Part shown: one piece after another, positions 38,905 through 48,365 of the stretch | Layout of the letters: each line of letters starts with the position of its first letter | How positions within the stretch are numbered: position 1 is the first letter of the stretch | NCBI GenBank assembly: GCA_030650275.1 | Contig: JAUSEK010000023.1 | Span: 107,581-171,580, forward strand | Direction: 5' to 3' | Source of the DNA: Candidatus Omnitrophota bacterium | GTDB lineage: Bacteria; Omnitrophota; Gorgyraeia; Zapsychrales; Fredricksoniimonadaceae | DNA length: 64,000 bases | Translations under genes and position numbers: made by a program | The notes under the pieces: generated by a model | Told to the model about the DNA's origin: nothing | The model's input: the letters and a program-made list of their open reading frames with translations, nothing else | The model's database searches: none

Positions 38905-39780
38905 ATGAAAAAGTTAAAATTAGGTCTCCCCAAAGGCAGTTTGCAGGACGCCACCGTCGCGCTGTTCGCCAAAGCCGGCTTTAAGGTGACGGTGTCCACG
39001 CGCTCCTATTTCCCCCGCATCGACGATGCCGAGATCGAGCCCGTGCTGTTGCGCGCCCAGGAAATGTCCCGCTACGTCGAGGATGAGACGCTGGATTGCG
39101 GCATCACCGGCAATGACTGGATCTTGGAGAACAACTCCGATGTGACGCGCCTTTCCGAACTTCTCTACGCCAAACAGACCACCAATAAGGTGCGCTGGGT
39201 CTTGGCCGTGCCCGAGGACTCAAAGATCAAGACTATCAAAGATCTGGAAGGTAAAAAGATCGCCACGGAAGTGGTCAATGTCACCAAACAGTATCTGGCC
39301 AAACATAAGGTCAAGGCCGACGTGGAATTTTCCTGGGGCGCCACCGAAGCCAAGGTGGCCACGGGCCTGGTGGATGCCATTGTGGAGTTGACCGAGACCG
39401 GCTCGTCGCTGCGCGCCAATAAACTGCGCATTGTTGACACCCTTTGCGAGTCCACGACCCAGTTCATTGCGAATAAAAAAGCCGCCCAGGACCCCTGGAA
39501 GAAAAAGAAAATGGAGCAGGTCATCATGCTTTTGCAGGGGGCCCTGGCCGCCAATAATATGGTGGGCCTGAAGATGAATTTGCGCAAAAAGGACCTCGAC
39601 AAGGTATTGAAGATCCTGACCTCTTTGCGCAACCCTACGATCTCACATCTGGCCGCGGACAACTGGCTGGCTTTGGAAACAGTGATCGACGAGGGGACCG
39701 TGCGTTCCATTATTCCCCAGCTCAAAGAAGTGGGCGCTGAGGGCATCATCGAGTATTCTTTGAATAAGCTGATCTACTAA
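38905..39780 (+). CDS. hisG: ATP phosphoribosyltransferase (long form)
   Basis: [39 protein letters not shown]-terminal ACT-like domain. Confidence 0.97.
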   Translation: MKKLKLGLPKGSLQDATVALFAKAGFKVTVSTRSYFPRIDDAEIEPVLLRAQEMSRYVEDETLDCGITGNDWILENNSDVTRLSELLYAKQTTNKVRWVLAVPEDSKIKTIKDLEGKKIATEVVNVTKQYLAKHKVKADVEFSWGATEAKVATGLVDAIVELTETGSSLRANKLRIVDTLCESTTQFIANKKAAQDPWKKKKMEQVIMLLQGALAANNMVGLKMNLRKKDLDKVLKILTSLRNPTISHLAADNWLALETVIDEGTVRSIIPQLKEVGAEGIIEYSLNKLIY

Positions 39781-39792
39781 AAAAGGAAAAGT

Positions 39793-39894
39793 ATGCCTTG
39801 CGGAAGAAAAAGAAAACGCATCAAGATCCGCACGCACAAGCGCAAGAAATTGCGTAAGTCGCTGCGTCATTTGAAAAAGCGCGCCACCCGTTAA
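39793..39894 (+). CDS. bS22-like (AURKAIP1/COX24 domain) small ribosomal protein, 33 aa
   Basis: MPCGRKRKRIKIRTHKRKKLRKSLRHLKKRATR; AAGGA RBS. Confidence 0.85.
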   Translation: MPCGRKRKRIKIRTHKRKKLRKSLRHLKKRATR

Positions 39895-39916
39895 GGCGAA
39901 GCGGGGGGAGGTCCGT

Positions 39917-40924
39917 ATGAAACGCTTATGCACGCGTTGGGCGGTTGTTTTGGCTGTCCTGATGCTGGGTTATTTCAGCGCGGGGAAATTTGTTTTCTCC
40001 GCTGCCGGCCCCGTCGTTGACGCCCGTTCCAAGGCGCTGGCCCATTACATCATGGGCATTTCCAATGACCTCAACGGCATGGCCGCCGAGTCCGTTAAAG
40101 AGTACGAAAAAAGCGTTGCTCTCAACGGCCAGGAGCCCTTGCCCCATCTGCGCCTGGCCGCCTATTACGCGCGCCTTGGCCTTCTGGACAAGGCCGTGGC
40201 CCAGCTGAAAACCGTTGTCCGCCTCGACCCCAAAGAGCCCCAGGCCCATTATCTTTTGGCCATGGTGTATTCCTCACAGAACAAGTTTGACCTTGCCGCA
40301 ACCGAATACGAACTGATCCTCAAATCAGCGTCAGCGGACAATCCCGAAAATACCGAGATCTACCTGTATCTGGCCCAACTGTATTCTTCCGAGCGCAAAT
40401 TTGACGAAGCCATTGCCCAGTTCAATAAGATCTTGGAAGTCCAGCCGGACAATGCTTCCGTTTGCTATCTTTTGGGGTCCATCTATGCGGAAACCGGCGA
40501 CAGGGCCAAGGCCAAAGACGCGTTCAAGAAAGTGCTGGCCCTTCAGCCTGATCACGACGGAGCATTGAATTCGCTGGGGTATATTTATGCCGAAGATGGC
40601 GTGAATCTCGACGATGCTTTAAAGATGGCGCGCCGGGCCGTGGATCTTGATCCTTCCAACGGCGCTTATTATGATACGCTCGGCTGGGTGCTGTACAAAA
40701 AAGGGATGAATGCCCAGGCGCTCATGGCTTTGCAAAAAGCAGAGGCCTATATCCAGGACCCGGTGCTTTATGATCACATGGGCGATGTGTATAAAGCCGT
40801 GAAGGAATTCACCCTGGCCCGCAAATTTTGGCACAGATCTCTGGACATGAAACCCGGCCAGGCGGAGGTTTCCCGCAAACTCGGAGAACTCGAGAAAGTC
40901 CACGCCTTTAACGGAACTCCCTAG
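39917..40924 (+). CDS. Exported TPR protein
   Basis: Signal/TM, TPR repeats, ALNSLGY, YYDTLGW, YDHMGD. Confidence 0.9.
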   Translation: MKRLCTRWAVVLAVLMLGYFSAGKFVFSAAGPVVDARSKALAHYIMGISNDLNGMAAESVKEYEKSVALNGQEPLPHLRLAAYYARLGLLDKAVAQLKTVVRLDPKEPQAHYLLAMVYSSQNKFDLAATEYELILKSASADNPENTEIYLYLAQLYSSERKFDEAIAQFNKILEVQPDNASVCYLLGSIYAETGDRAKAKDAFKKVLALQPDHDGALNSLGYIYAEDGVNLDDALKMARRAVDLDPSNGAYYDTLGWVLYKKGMNAQALMALQKAEAYIQDPVLYDHMGDVYKAVKEFTLARKFWHRSLDMKPGQAEVSRKLGELEKVHAFNGTP

Positions 40925-41796
40925 TGCCTTCCATCACGCTTTTTGCACCTGCAAAATTGAATCTTGTTCTGGACGTTTTGGGCAAACGCCCCGACGGTTT
41001 CCATGAACTGCGCACGGTGTTCGAGCGCGTCGGCCTGTGCGATACCATCACATTGACGGCCAATCCCCATGGTCCTATCCGCGTGATTTGCGGCCACCCC
41101 CACGTTCCCAAAGGCCCCAGAAATCTGGCCTTCCGGGCCGCCCGGCAAATACAGCAGGAATATGGCGTCCGCCAGGGGGTGGACATCCGGATCGTCAAGC
41201 GCATTCCCGTGGCCGCGGGCTTGGCCGGCGGGTCCAGCGATGCCGCGGCTGTTTTGATGGGGGTAAACCGTTTGTGGCGGTTGGGTTTAAGTCAAAAAGA
41301 TTTGGTCCGGCACGCCGCCCGCCTGGGCAGCGACGTGGCTTTTTTTATCTACGATACGCCCTTTGCCTTGGGCACGGGGCGGGGGGAGAAGATCAGGCCT
41401 TTAAAATTGGGGGTTAAATTGTGGCATGTGCTTGTCACGCCTAAGGTTAAAATGTATACCAAGGATGTTTTCGCCTGCCTCGCCCGGAAGGCCAAGAGTT
41501 TAAAGTTGACAAAAAAAAAGGATAATGTTAATATTTGTCTTCCTTATTTAAGGAAGAACGATTTTCAGGGCCTTGGGACGGCTTTGTCCAACGACCTTGA
41601 GCTTTCCATTTTGTCTTTAAAGCCGGATCTGATCCGCTTAAAAAAGAAATTGTCCGACGCCGGGGCTGCCGGTGTCTGTTTCTCTGGCAGCGGTCCGTCT
41701 GTTTTCGCCCTGGCGTCCGGCCGGGCGCAGGCCGAGTCGATCAAAGACGGGTTCGATAAGCGTTTCACGCAGGTTTTCGTCGTACCGACGCTGTGA
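40924..41796 (+). CDS. ispE: 4-diphosphocytidyl-2-C-methyl-D-erythritol kinase
   Basis: APAKLNL, PDGFHEL, KRIPVAAGLAGGSSD, SGSGPS. Confidence 0.97.
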   Translation: MPSITLFAPAKLNLVLDVLGKRPDGFHELRTVFERVGLCDTITLTANPHGPIRVICGHPHVPKGPRNLAFRAARQIQQEYGVRQGVDIRIVKRIPVAAGLAGGSSDAAAVLMGVNRLWRLGLSQKDLVRHAARLGSDVAFFIYDTPFALGTGRGEKIRPLKLGVKLWHVLVTPKVKMYTKDVFACLARKAKSLKLTKKKDNVNICLPYLRKNDFQGLGTALSNDLELSILSLKPDLIRLKKKLSDAGAAGVCFSGSGPSVFALASGRAQAESIKDGFDKRFTQVFVVPTL

Positions 41797-41824
41797 TCGG
41801 GCGCGCCGGTTGTCAAGGATCGAC

Positions 41825-41898
41825 TGCCCGGTGGTGTAATGGTAGCACCCGAGAATTTGGATCTCGTTGTCCAGGTTCGAATCCTGGCTGGGCAACCA
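41825..41898 (+). tRNA. tRNA-Gln(TTG)
   Basis: Cloverleaf: TGCCCGG/CTGGGCA acceptor stem, CGAGA-ATTTGGA-TCTCG anticodon arm, GGTTCGAATCC, encoded CCA. Confidence 0.95.
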
Positions 41899-41911
41899 CG
41901 TTTGCATATTT

Positions 41912-43150
41912 ATGACTGACGTTCGCGCGATCATTTTAGCCGCCGGAAAAGGGACCCGGATGAAGTCCGAGATCCCCAAGGTTTTGCATCCCGTTGCCGG
42001 CCGTCCGGTCATCGCTTACGTTCTGGACATTGTCCGTTCTTTGAAAACTTTTGTTGTCGTCGGGCACGGGGCCCAAAATGTCCGGGCCGCTTTAGGGGAC
42101 GGACTGACCTATGTTGCGCAGGATCGGCTTTTGGGAACGGCGGATGCCCTGCGCCGCGTGGCGCCGCTCTTGAAAGGGTTTCGCGGGCACGTGCTTGTCT
42201 TGTGCGGGGACACGCCGCTTTTGGAAAAACAGACGGTGCAGCGTTTGCTGGCCCAACACCGTCGCAGTCGGGCCGATGCCACGGTCCTGACCGCCCATAT
42301 CCATGATCCGCGCGGATATGGTCGCATCCTCCGCGATGCCGGCGGCCGTATTAGTGCTATCCGTGAACAAAAAGACGCCAGCCCCCGGGAAGCGCGGATC
42401 ACAGAGATCAACGTCGGGGCATATTGTTTTCAGGCGCAAAAGATTTTTGATGTGTTGAGGCGGGTCAAATGGAATGCCCGCAAAAAAGAATTTTATCTGA
42501 CGGACGTCATCGAGGTTTTATTAGCGCGGGGCGGCCGCGTGGGAACGGTCCTGGCCGGGGATGCTTCATTGGCCTTCGGGATCAACACGCGCGTGGACCT
42601 GGCCCGGGCCGAAAGGGTCATCCGGATGCGCATTTTGAGCAAACTGATGCTGGGGGGCGTGACCATCGTGGATCCGGCAACCACCTATGTGGAAACCGGT
42701 GTCAAGATCGGACGGGACACGGTGATCTATCCGTGCACCGTCATTGACCGGGATGTCGTCGTCGGGAAGAATTGCCGCGTGGGACCTTTTGCCCATTTGC
42801 GGCCCGGCACGCGCGTGGGTGACCACGTTGAGATCGGTAATTTCACGGAAGTGTCGCGCAGCCGTGTGGGCAAAAACGTGTTCATAAAACATTTTTCTTT
42901 TTTGGGTGATGCGGTCCTGGGGGCCAATGTCAATATCGGTGCTGGAACGGTGACGGCGAATTTTGACGGCAGGACCAAGAACAGGACAACAATATCCGAT
43001 GGTGCCTTTATCGGCTCGGGCGCTGTTTTGGTGGCGCCGGTCAGCGTCGGCAAGAAAGCCGTTGTGGGCGCCGGTTCGGTCGTGACAAAGGGTAAGAATA
43101 TTCCGGCCGGGGCTGTGGCGTTCGGTGTCCCGGCCAAGATCGTACGGTAG
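41912..43150 (+). CDS. glmU: Bifunctional UDP-GlcNAc pyrophosphorylase/acetyltransferase
   Basis: LAAGKGTRMKS, GYGRI, EFYLTD, GPFAHLRPG, LbH repeats. Confidence 0.96.
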   Translation: MTDVRAIILAAGKGTRMKSEIPKVLHPVAGRPVIAYVLDIVRSLKTFVVVGHGAQNVRAALGDGLTYVAQDRLLGTADALRRVAPLLKGFRGHVLVLCGDTPLLEKQTVQRLLAQHRRSRADATVLTAHIHDPRGYGRILRDAGGRISAIREQKDASPREARITEINVGAYCFQAQKIFDVLRRVKWNARKKEFYLTDVIEVLLARGGRVGTVLAGDASLAFGINTRVDLARAERVIRMRILSKLMLGGVTIVDPATTYVETGVKIGRDTVIYPCTVIDRDVVVGKNCRVGPFAHLRPGTRVGDHVEIGNFTEVSRSRVGKNVFIKHFSFLGDAVLGANVNIGAGTVTANFDGRTKNRTTISDGAFIGSGAVLVAPVSVGKKAVVGAGSVVTKGKNIPAGAVAFGVPAKIVR

Positions 43151-43173
43151 GGGTACGGCATGCCGTGCCCGTA
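43147..43173 (+). repeat. GTAG-type REP palindrome supplying the glmU stop codon
   Basis: GTAGGGGTACGGCATGCCGTGCCCGTA. Confidence 0.75.
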
Positions 43174-43185
43174 TAGAGGAGATGT

Positions 43186-44142
43186 ATGGCTCAATTAGCG
43201 GTGTTAGGCGGTAATGCCAATCCGGCATTGACGGCGGAGATCTGCGGGATCTTGAAGATCACGCAAACGAAGGTGCTGGTGGACCGTTTCTCCGAGGGCG
43301 AGATCCGCGTGCAGATCAAGGAGAACATCCGCGGCAGGGACGTTTTTATCGTCCAGCCGACATGCCAGCCGGTCAACGACAATATCATGGAATTGCTGAT
43401 CCTCATCGACGCGGCCCGCAGGGCTTCCGCCGACAGGATCACCGCGGTGCTGCCGTATTACGGTTACGCCCGCCAGGACCGCAAGGACCAGCCGCGCGTG
43501 CCGATCACGGCAAAGCTGGTGGCGAACATCATTGTCGCGGCCGGCGCCAACCGCGTGCTGACCATGGACCTGCATGCCAGCCAGCTGCAGGGATTCTTTG
43601 ATATTCCCGTCGACCATTTGTATGCCATTGACGTTCTTTCCAATTATTTCAAGGACAAAAATTTGTACGGACCGGACATTGTTGTTGTTTCTCCCGATGT
43701 TGGGGGCTTAAAAATGGCCCGGGCCTACGCGAAACGCCTGCACGCGGGTCTGGCCATCGTGGACAAGCGCCGCATGAGCCCGGATAAGACCGAAGTCATG
43801 CACATCCTCGGTGAGGTGAGCGGCAAGAACGTGGTCCTGGTCGATGATATTCTGGCCACGGCCAGCTCGATCATTGAAGGGGTGACGGCATTGAAGGCCA
43901 ACGGGGCCAAATCCATTTACGCGGCGGTCAGTCATGGCGTGTTGTCCGGCCCGGCGAAACAGCGCATCCGCGACTGCCAGGACTTGAAGGAAGTGGTCAT
44001 TACCAATACGATCCCCCTGGCGGACGCGGGGAGCAATCCCAAGATCAAACAGCTTTCCGTAGCGCCCTTATTGGCGGAAGCCATCGCGCGCACCCATAAC
44101 GGGGAATCTATCAGCAGTTTATTTGAAGAGATCCGTAACTAG
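43186..44142 (+). CDS. prs: Ribose-phosphate pyrophosphokinase
   Basis: YGYARQDRK, DLHASQLQGFFD, VSPDVGG. Confidence 0.98.
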   Translation: MAQLAVLGGNANPALTAEICGILKITQTKVLVDRFSEGEIRVQIKENIRGRDVFIVQPTCQPVNDNIMELLILIDAARRASADRITAVLPYYGYARQDRKDQPRVPITAKLVANIIVAAGANRVLTMDLHASQLQGFFDIPVDHLYAIDVLSNYFKDKNLYGPDIVVVSPDVGGLKMARAYAKRLHAGLAIVDKRRMSPDKTEVMHILGEVSGKNVVLVDDILATASSIIEGVTALKANGAKSIYAAVSHGVLSGPAKQRIRDCQDLKEVVITNTIPLADAGSNPKIKQLSVAPLLAEAIARTHNGESISSLFEEIRN

Positions 44143-44160
44143 AAAAGGCAGGGTCATCCC

Positions 44161-44877
44161 ATGGAAGAAATTCAATTCGACGTCCAATTAAGAAAAGAAG
44201 CGGGATCAGCCAATGCCCGCCGCGTCCGCCGCGCGGAGCTTATCCCGGCGGTGGTTTATGGGGGCGGTTTGAAACCCACCATGATCCAGGCCGACCGCAA
44301 GGCCTATAACCGCATCCATCGCCAGCATATGGGGGAGAGCCTCATCTATCACCTCAATGTGGCCGAAGGCGACAAGAAGGTCGCGGATTTTCCGGCCATC
44401 ATCAAAGATATTCAGAGGCACCCCGTCAGTGAAGAGGTCATCCACATCGATTTTAACCGCATTTCCCTGGACAAAGAGATCGAGGTCAATATCAAGGTCA
44501 TCACCAAGGGCGAAGCCATCGGCATCAAGCGCGACGGCGGCACCCTGGACCACACCTTATGGGAACTGGACGTCATCTGTTTACCGACCAATATCCCGCA
44601 TCATTTTGAAGTGGACATCACGAATTTGGGCATTCACGACGCCATTCACGTGCGCGATGTGGTCCTGCCGGCGGGCGTGCGCACCAAACATGACCTTGAC
44701 GCGGTGGTCGTGTCGGTGGTCGGTTCCACCAAGGAAACGGTGGCCGCGCCCACGGAAGAAGAGGCCGCCGCTACAGAGCCCGAGGTTTTGAAAGAAAAGA
44801 AGAAGGAAGAAGGCGAAGAGCCGGCCGCTGCCAAGAAGGAAGACAAAGAGAAAGAAAAAGACAAAGAGAAGAAGTGA
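44161..44877 (+). CDS. rplY: 50S ribosomal protein bL25/Ctc
   Basis: IPAVVYG, IQRHP, HIDF, E/K-rich tail. Confidence 0.96.
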   Translation: MEEIQFDVQLRKEAGSANARRVRRAELIPAVVYGGGLKPTMIQADRKAYNRIHRQHMGESLIYHLNVAEGDKKVADFPAIIKDIQRHPVSEEVIHIDFNRISLDKEIEVNIKVITKGEAIGIKRDGGTLDHTLWELDVICLPTNIPHHFEVDITNLGIHDAIHVRDVVLPAGVRTKHDLDAVVVSVVGSTKETVAAPTEEEAAATEPEVLKEKKKEEGEEPAAAKKEDKEKEKDKEKK

Positions 44878-44882
44878 TCTAA

Positions 44883-45455
44883 ATGCGGCTCATCGTCGGC
44901 CTCGGCAACCCGGAACCCCGTTACGTCCATACGCGGCACAATTTGGGATTTTTGTGCGTCCAGGCCCTGGCCGAAGGGCAGGGCGGTCGCTGGCGCAAGG
45001 CCTCTTTTGCGCAGGCCCTGACCAGCCGTATCGTGCTCGACGGTATTGAATGTTCTTTGATCTTGCCGCTGACCTACATGAACAATTCAGGGGTAGCGGT
45101 CAAACAGGCGGCCGCCAAAAGCGGCGTTGAACCCGGCGACATCATCGTCGTGTATGACGACATGGATCTGGATTTCGGGGACATGCGTTTGCGCGCCGCG
45201 GGAAGCGCCGGCGGACATAACGGGATCAAATCCGTTATTGAACATCTGGGGTCCAAAGATTTTGCCCGCCTGCGTTTGGGCGTGGGCAACCCTAAGCCCG
45301 GCGTCGATCCCGCGGACCATGTGCTGTCAGATCTCACTCCGGCTGAGTTAAAAAAACTCCCGGACCTTATCAACAATGCCCTTTCCTGCCTTCACATCTG
45401 GGGGACCGAAGGGGTCGAAAAAGCCATGAATGAGTTCAACAAAAGGAAGGTTTAA
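44883..45455 (+). CDS. pth: Peptidyl-tRNA hydrolase
   Basis: VGLGNP, TRHNLG, TYMNNSG, GGHNG. Confidence 0.97.
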   Translation: MRLIVGLGNPEPRYVHTRHNLGFLCVQALAEGQGGRWRKASFAQALTSRIVLDGIECSLILPLTYMNNSGVAVKQAAAKSGVEPGDIIVVYDDMDLDFGDMRLRAAGSAGGHNGIKSVIEHLGSKDFARLRLGVGNPKPGVDPADHVLSDLTPAELKKLPDLINNALSCLHIWGTEGVEKAMNEFNKRKV

Positions 45456-45754
45456 TGAATAAGTACGAATTGGTTTACATCGTGGACGCCCACGCGCCGC
45501 AGGCCGCCAGGGACGAGATCAGCAAACAGGTCACTGAGGCGGCTTCAAAATCCGACGTGAAGGTCATCAATTCCCAGGTCTGGCTGGAACGCCACCGGAT
45601 GAGTTTTCCCATCAAAAAAGTGTGGGAAGGGACGTATTACCTTTTGAACATCGAGGCCCCGATGGCCGCCGTCAACAAGATGCAGGCGTTCTTGCGGCTC
45701 AATGAGCAGATCTTGCGTTTCCTGGCCATCCGCCAGGAGAACAAAAGCGCGTAA
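45455..45754 (+). CDS. rpsF: 30S ribosomal protein bS6
   Basis: KYELVYI, FPIKK..EGTY, ILRFL; synteny. Confidence 0.93.
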   Translation: MNKYELVYIVDAHAPQAARDEISKQVTEAASKSDVKVINSQVWLERHRMSFPIKKVWEGTYYLLNIEAPMAAVNKMQAFLRLNEQILRFLAIRQENKSA

Positions 45755-45774
45755 CATATAACGAAAGGCTGTCT

Positions 45775-46239
45775 ATGGCGAGTTTGAACAAAGTCCTTCT
45801 GATAGGCAATCTCACGAAAGACCCGGAATTGCGCTACACCCCCAACGGCACGGCCGTGACCAATCTGCGTTTGGCCGTTAACCGCAAGTTCAAGGACCGC
45901 ACCGGCGAACTGAAAGAAGACACGTGTTTTATCACGGTGACCGCCTGGGACAAACAGGCTGAGATCTGCAATCAGTATCTGCAGAAGGGCCGGGCGGTTT
46001 TTGTCGAGGGCATTTTGCAGTCCCGCTCCTGGGAGACCAGTGACAAGCAAAAGCGCAGCACCATTGACGTGCGCGCGGAGCGCATCCAGTTTTTAAGCGG
46101 CGCGCCCAAGTCGGCGGAAGGGGCCGCTGTCCCGCCTATCGGCGGGACCGGCGGGGTCAACCCCGCGATCGGCGGGGCTAAAGACACCAATGAACAGGAC
46201 GAGGTCATCTCGCCTGAAGATATCGCATGGGAGGAATGA
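45775..46239 (+). CDS. ssb: Single-stranded DNA-binding protein
   Basis: [30 protein letters not shown]. Confidence 0.97.
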   Translation: MASLNKVLLIGNLTKDPELRYTPNGTAVTNLRLAVNRKFKDRTGELKEDTCFITVTAWDKQAEICNQYLQKGRAVFVEGILQSRSWETSDKQKRSTIDVRAERIQFLSGAPKSAEGAAVPPIGGTGGVNPAIGGAKDTNEQDEVISPEDIAWEE

Positions 46240-46244
46240 TCATC

Positions 46245-46547
46245 ATGGAAAACAGAAGGTTCGGTGGTAAGAAATTATCCAGGGAAGACCGCAATAAGAA
46301 GAAGTTCCGCCGGGACGGGGACGGTCCCCGGCGCATGGGAAGGATCCAGCGTTTCACCATCCCCAAGGGCACGGACATCAATTATAAGAACATCGCATTT
46401 TTGCAGAAATGTCTGACCGAGCGCGGCAAGATCCTTTCGCGCCGGCTCACCAGCGCCGACGCCGGCCAGCAGCGGCTTTTGAGCACGGCGGTCAAGCGCG
46501 CCCGCCTTCTGGGGCTTTTACCCGTCGGATCGACAAAAAGAAAGTGA
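46245..46547 (+). CDS. rpsR: 30S ribosomal protein bS18
   Basis: [29 protein letters not shown]. Confidence 0.95.
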   Translation: MENRRFGGKKLSREDRNKKKFRRDGDGPRRMGRIQRFTIPKGTDINYKNIAFLQKCLTERGKILSRRLTSADAGQQRLLSTAVKRARLLGLLPVGSTKRK

Positions 46548-46552
46548 AACCA

Positions 46553-46996
46553 ATGAATATCATATTGACGCAGGACATGAAAGATCTGGGGCATATCGGC
46601 GACGTCGTCAGGGTCAAGGACGGCTACGCCCGCAATTATTTATTGCCCCGCCAGATGGCCATGGCGGCGACCGCCTCCAACATCAAACGCATGGAAAAAG
46701 AAAAAGCCGGCCGTCAGGCCGTTTATGAACAGCAGAAAGTCCAGGCCCAGGCCAAAGCCGCCGTAGTCGCCAAGATCTCTTTGACCGTTGCCGTCGAGGT
46801 CAATGACCAGGAAAAAATGTACGGCGCCGTGCCGGAAACAGAGATCCTCAAGGCCCTGGCAGCGGAAGGCCAGAAGGTGGACAAGAAAGACCTTGTCATC
46901 GAAAAGCCCGTTGAAGAATTAGGTATCTTTGAGATCGGCGTGAAACTCCACCCGGAAGTGATCGCGAAAGTCCGTTTATGGGTAACGAAGAAATAA
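46553..46996 (+). CDS. rplI: 50S ribosomal protein bL9
   Basis: LG.IGDVV.VKDGYARNYLLP, KLHPEV. Confidence 0.97.
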   Translation: MNIILTQDMKDLGHIGDVVRVKDGYARNYLLPRQMAMAATASNIKRMEKEKAGRQAVYEQQKVQAQAKAAVVAKISLTVAVEVNDQEKMYGAVPETEILKALAAEGQKVDKKDLVIEKPVEELGIFEIGVKLHPEVIAKVRLWVTKK

Positions 46997-48315
46997 GGGT
47001 CCCCCCGCAGAACATCGACGCTGAAAAAGCCCTGCTGGGGGCCATGATGATCGATGAAGAAGCGATCGGGACCGCCATCGAGCATCTCGACAGCTTTTAT
47101 TTTTATGAGACCCGCCACCAGAAGGTCTTTGACGCGGTGCGCGACCTGTACGCCCAGCGCAAGAACGTGGACATCATCACGCTCTCCGATTTTCTCACCG
47201 GCAAGGGGATCCTGGAAGCCGTCGGGGGCCTCTCCTATCTGACCGAACTGGCGGATTTCGTGCCCACCTCCGCCAATGCCCGTTATTACGTGGACATTGT
47301 CAAGGAAAAGGGCATCCAGCGGCGGCTCATCAAGAATTCCACCGAGATCATTTCCAAAAGTTACGGCACCGACGTCAATGTGGACGAATTGGTGGATGCC
47401 GCGGAACAGCTCATCTTCGAGATCGCCACCGCCAAGCAAAGACAGCAGGCGGTCCACGTCAAAGACATCATCAAGACCGCCATTGAGACCATTGACCAGC
47501 TCTACCAGCACAAACAGGCCATCACCGGGGTGGCCACCGGATTCATTGATTTTGACCGCATGACCTCTGGTTTGCAGAAATCCGACCTCATCATCATCGC
47601 CGGCCGTCCATCCATGGGAAAAAGCGCCCTGGCGGGTTCCATCTGCGAGTATGCCGCCATTCACGGCAACGTTCCGGTCGCGATCTTTTCTTTGGAAATG
47701 TCCAAGGAACAGCTGGTCCAGCGCATGCTGTGTTCCCAGGCGCAGGTGGACGCGCACAAGGTGCGCACGGGGTTTTTGTCCCCGTCGGAATGGCCGCTGT
47801 TGACCAAGGCCGCGGGCAAACTGTCCAACGTCCCCATTTTTATTGATGATACCCCGGCGATCTCGGCTTTGGAATTGCGGGCCAAGGCCAGGCGGCTGAA
47901 GACCTCCCATAATATCGGGCTCATTGTCGTGGACTATCTGCAATTGATGGAGGCCTCGGCCAGGACCGAAAGCCGCCAGCAGGAAATTTCAGAGATCTCC
48001 CGGTCGCTCAAGGCGCTGGCCCGTGAATTGAACACGCCCTTGATCGCCATCAGCCAGTTGTCGCGCGCGGTGGAAAGCCGGCAGGACCACAGGCCCCAGC
48101 TGTCGGACCTGCGCGAATCCGGGGCCATTGAGCAGGACGCGGACGTGGTGGTGCTCCTCATGCGGGAGGAACAATATAACCCCACCCCGGAAAATCAGGG
48201 CATCGCGGAAGCCATCATCGCCAAACAGCGCAACGGCCCGACAGGGTCCCTCAAGTTGAAATTTTTCAAGGAATTCGTTAAATTTGCCAATTTGGAAACC
48301 GTCCACCATCAATAA
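46978..48315 (+). CDS. dnaB: Replicative DNA helicase
   Basis: PPQNIDAE, GRPSMGKS, DYLQL, DLRESGAIEQDAD, KQRNGP. Confidence 0.98.
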   Translation: MGNEEIRVPPQNIDAEKALLGAMMIDEEAIGTAIEHLDSFYFYETRHQKVFDAVRDLYAQRKNVDIITLSDFLTGKGILEAVGGLSYLTELADFVPTSANARYYVDIVKEKGIQRRLIKNSTEIISKSYGTDVNVDELVDAAEQLIFEIATAKQRQQAVHVKDIIKTAIETIDQLYQHKQAITGVATGFIDFDRMTSGLQKSDLIIIAGRPSMGKSALAGSICEYAAIHGNVPVAIFSLEMSKEQLVQRMLCSQAQVDAHKVRTGFLSPSEWPLLTKAAGKLSNVPIFIDDTPAISALELRAKARRLKTSHNIGLIVVDYLQLMEASARTESRQQEISEISRSLKALARELNTPLIAISQLSRAVESRQDHRPQLSDLRESGAIEQDADVVVLLMREEQYNPTPENQGIAEAIIAKQRNGPTGSLKLKFFKEFVKFANLETVHHQ

Positions 48316-48329
48316 AAACCTTTTGCCCA

Positions 48330-48358
48330 TTGACACGGCCAACCCCAAACTCTATAAT
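48330..48358 (+). promoter_or_regulatory. Consensus sigma70 promoter, leaderless bamA
   Basis: TTGACA-17-TATAAT-7-ATG. Confidence 0.8.
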
Positions 48359-48365
48359 CAAAACC

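Noticed and set aside
44790-44877. Purine-rich low-complexity tract
   Set aside because: Encodes the usual E/K-rich tail of bL25/Ctc
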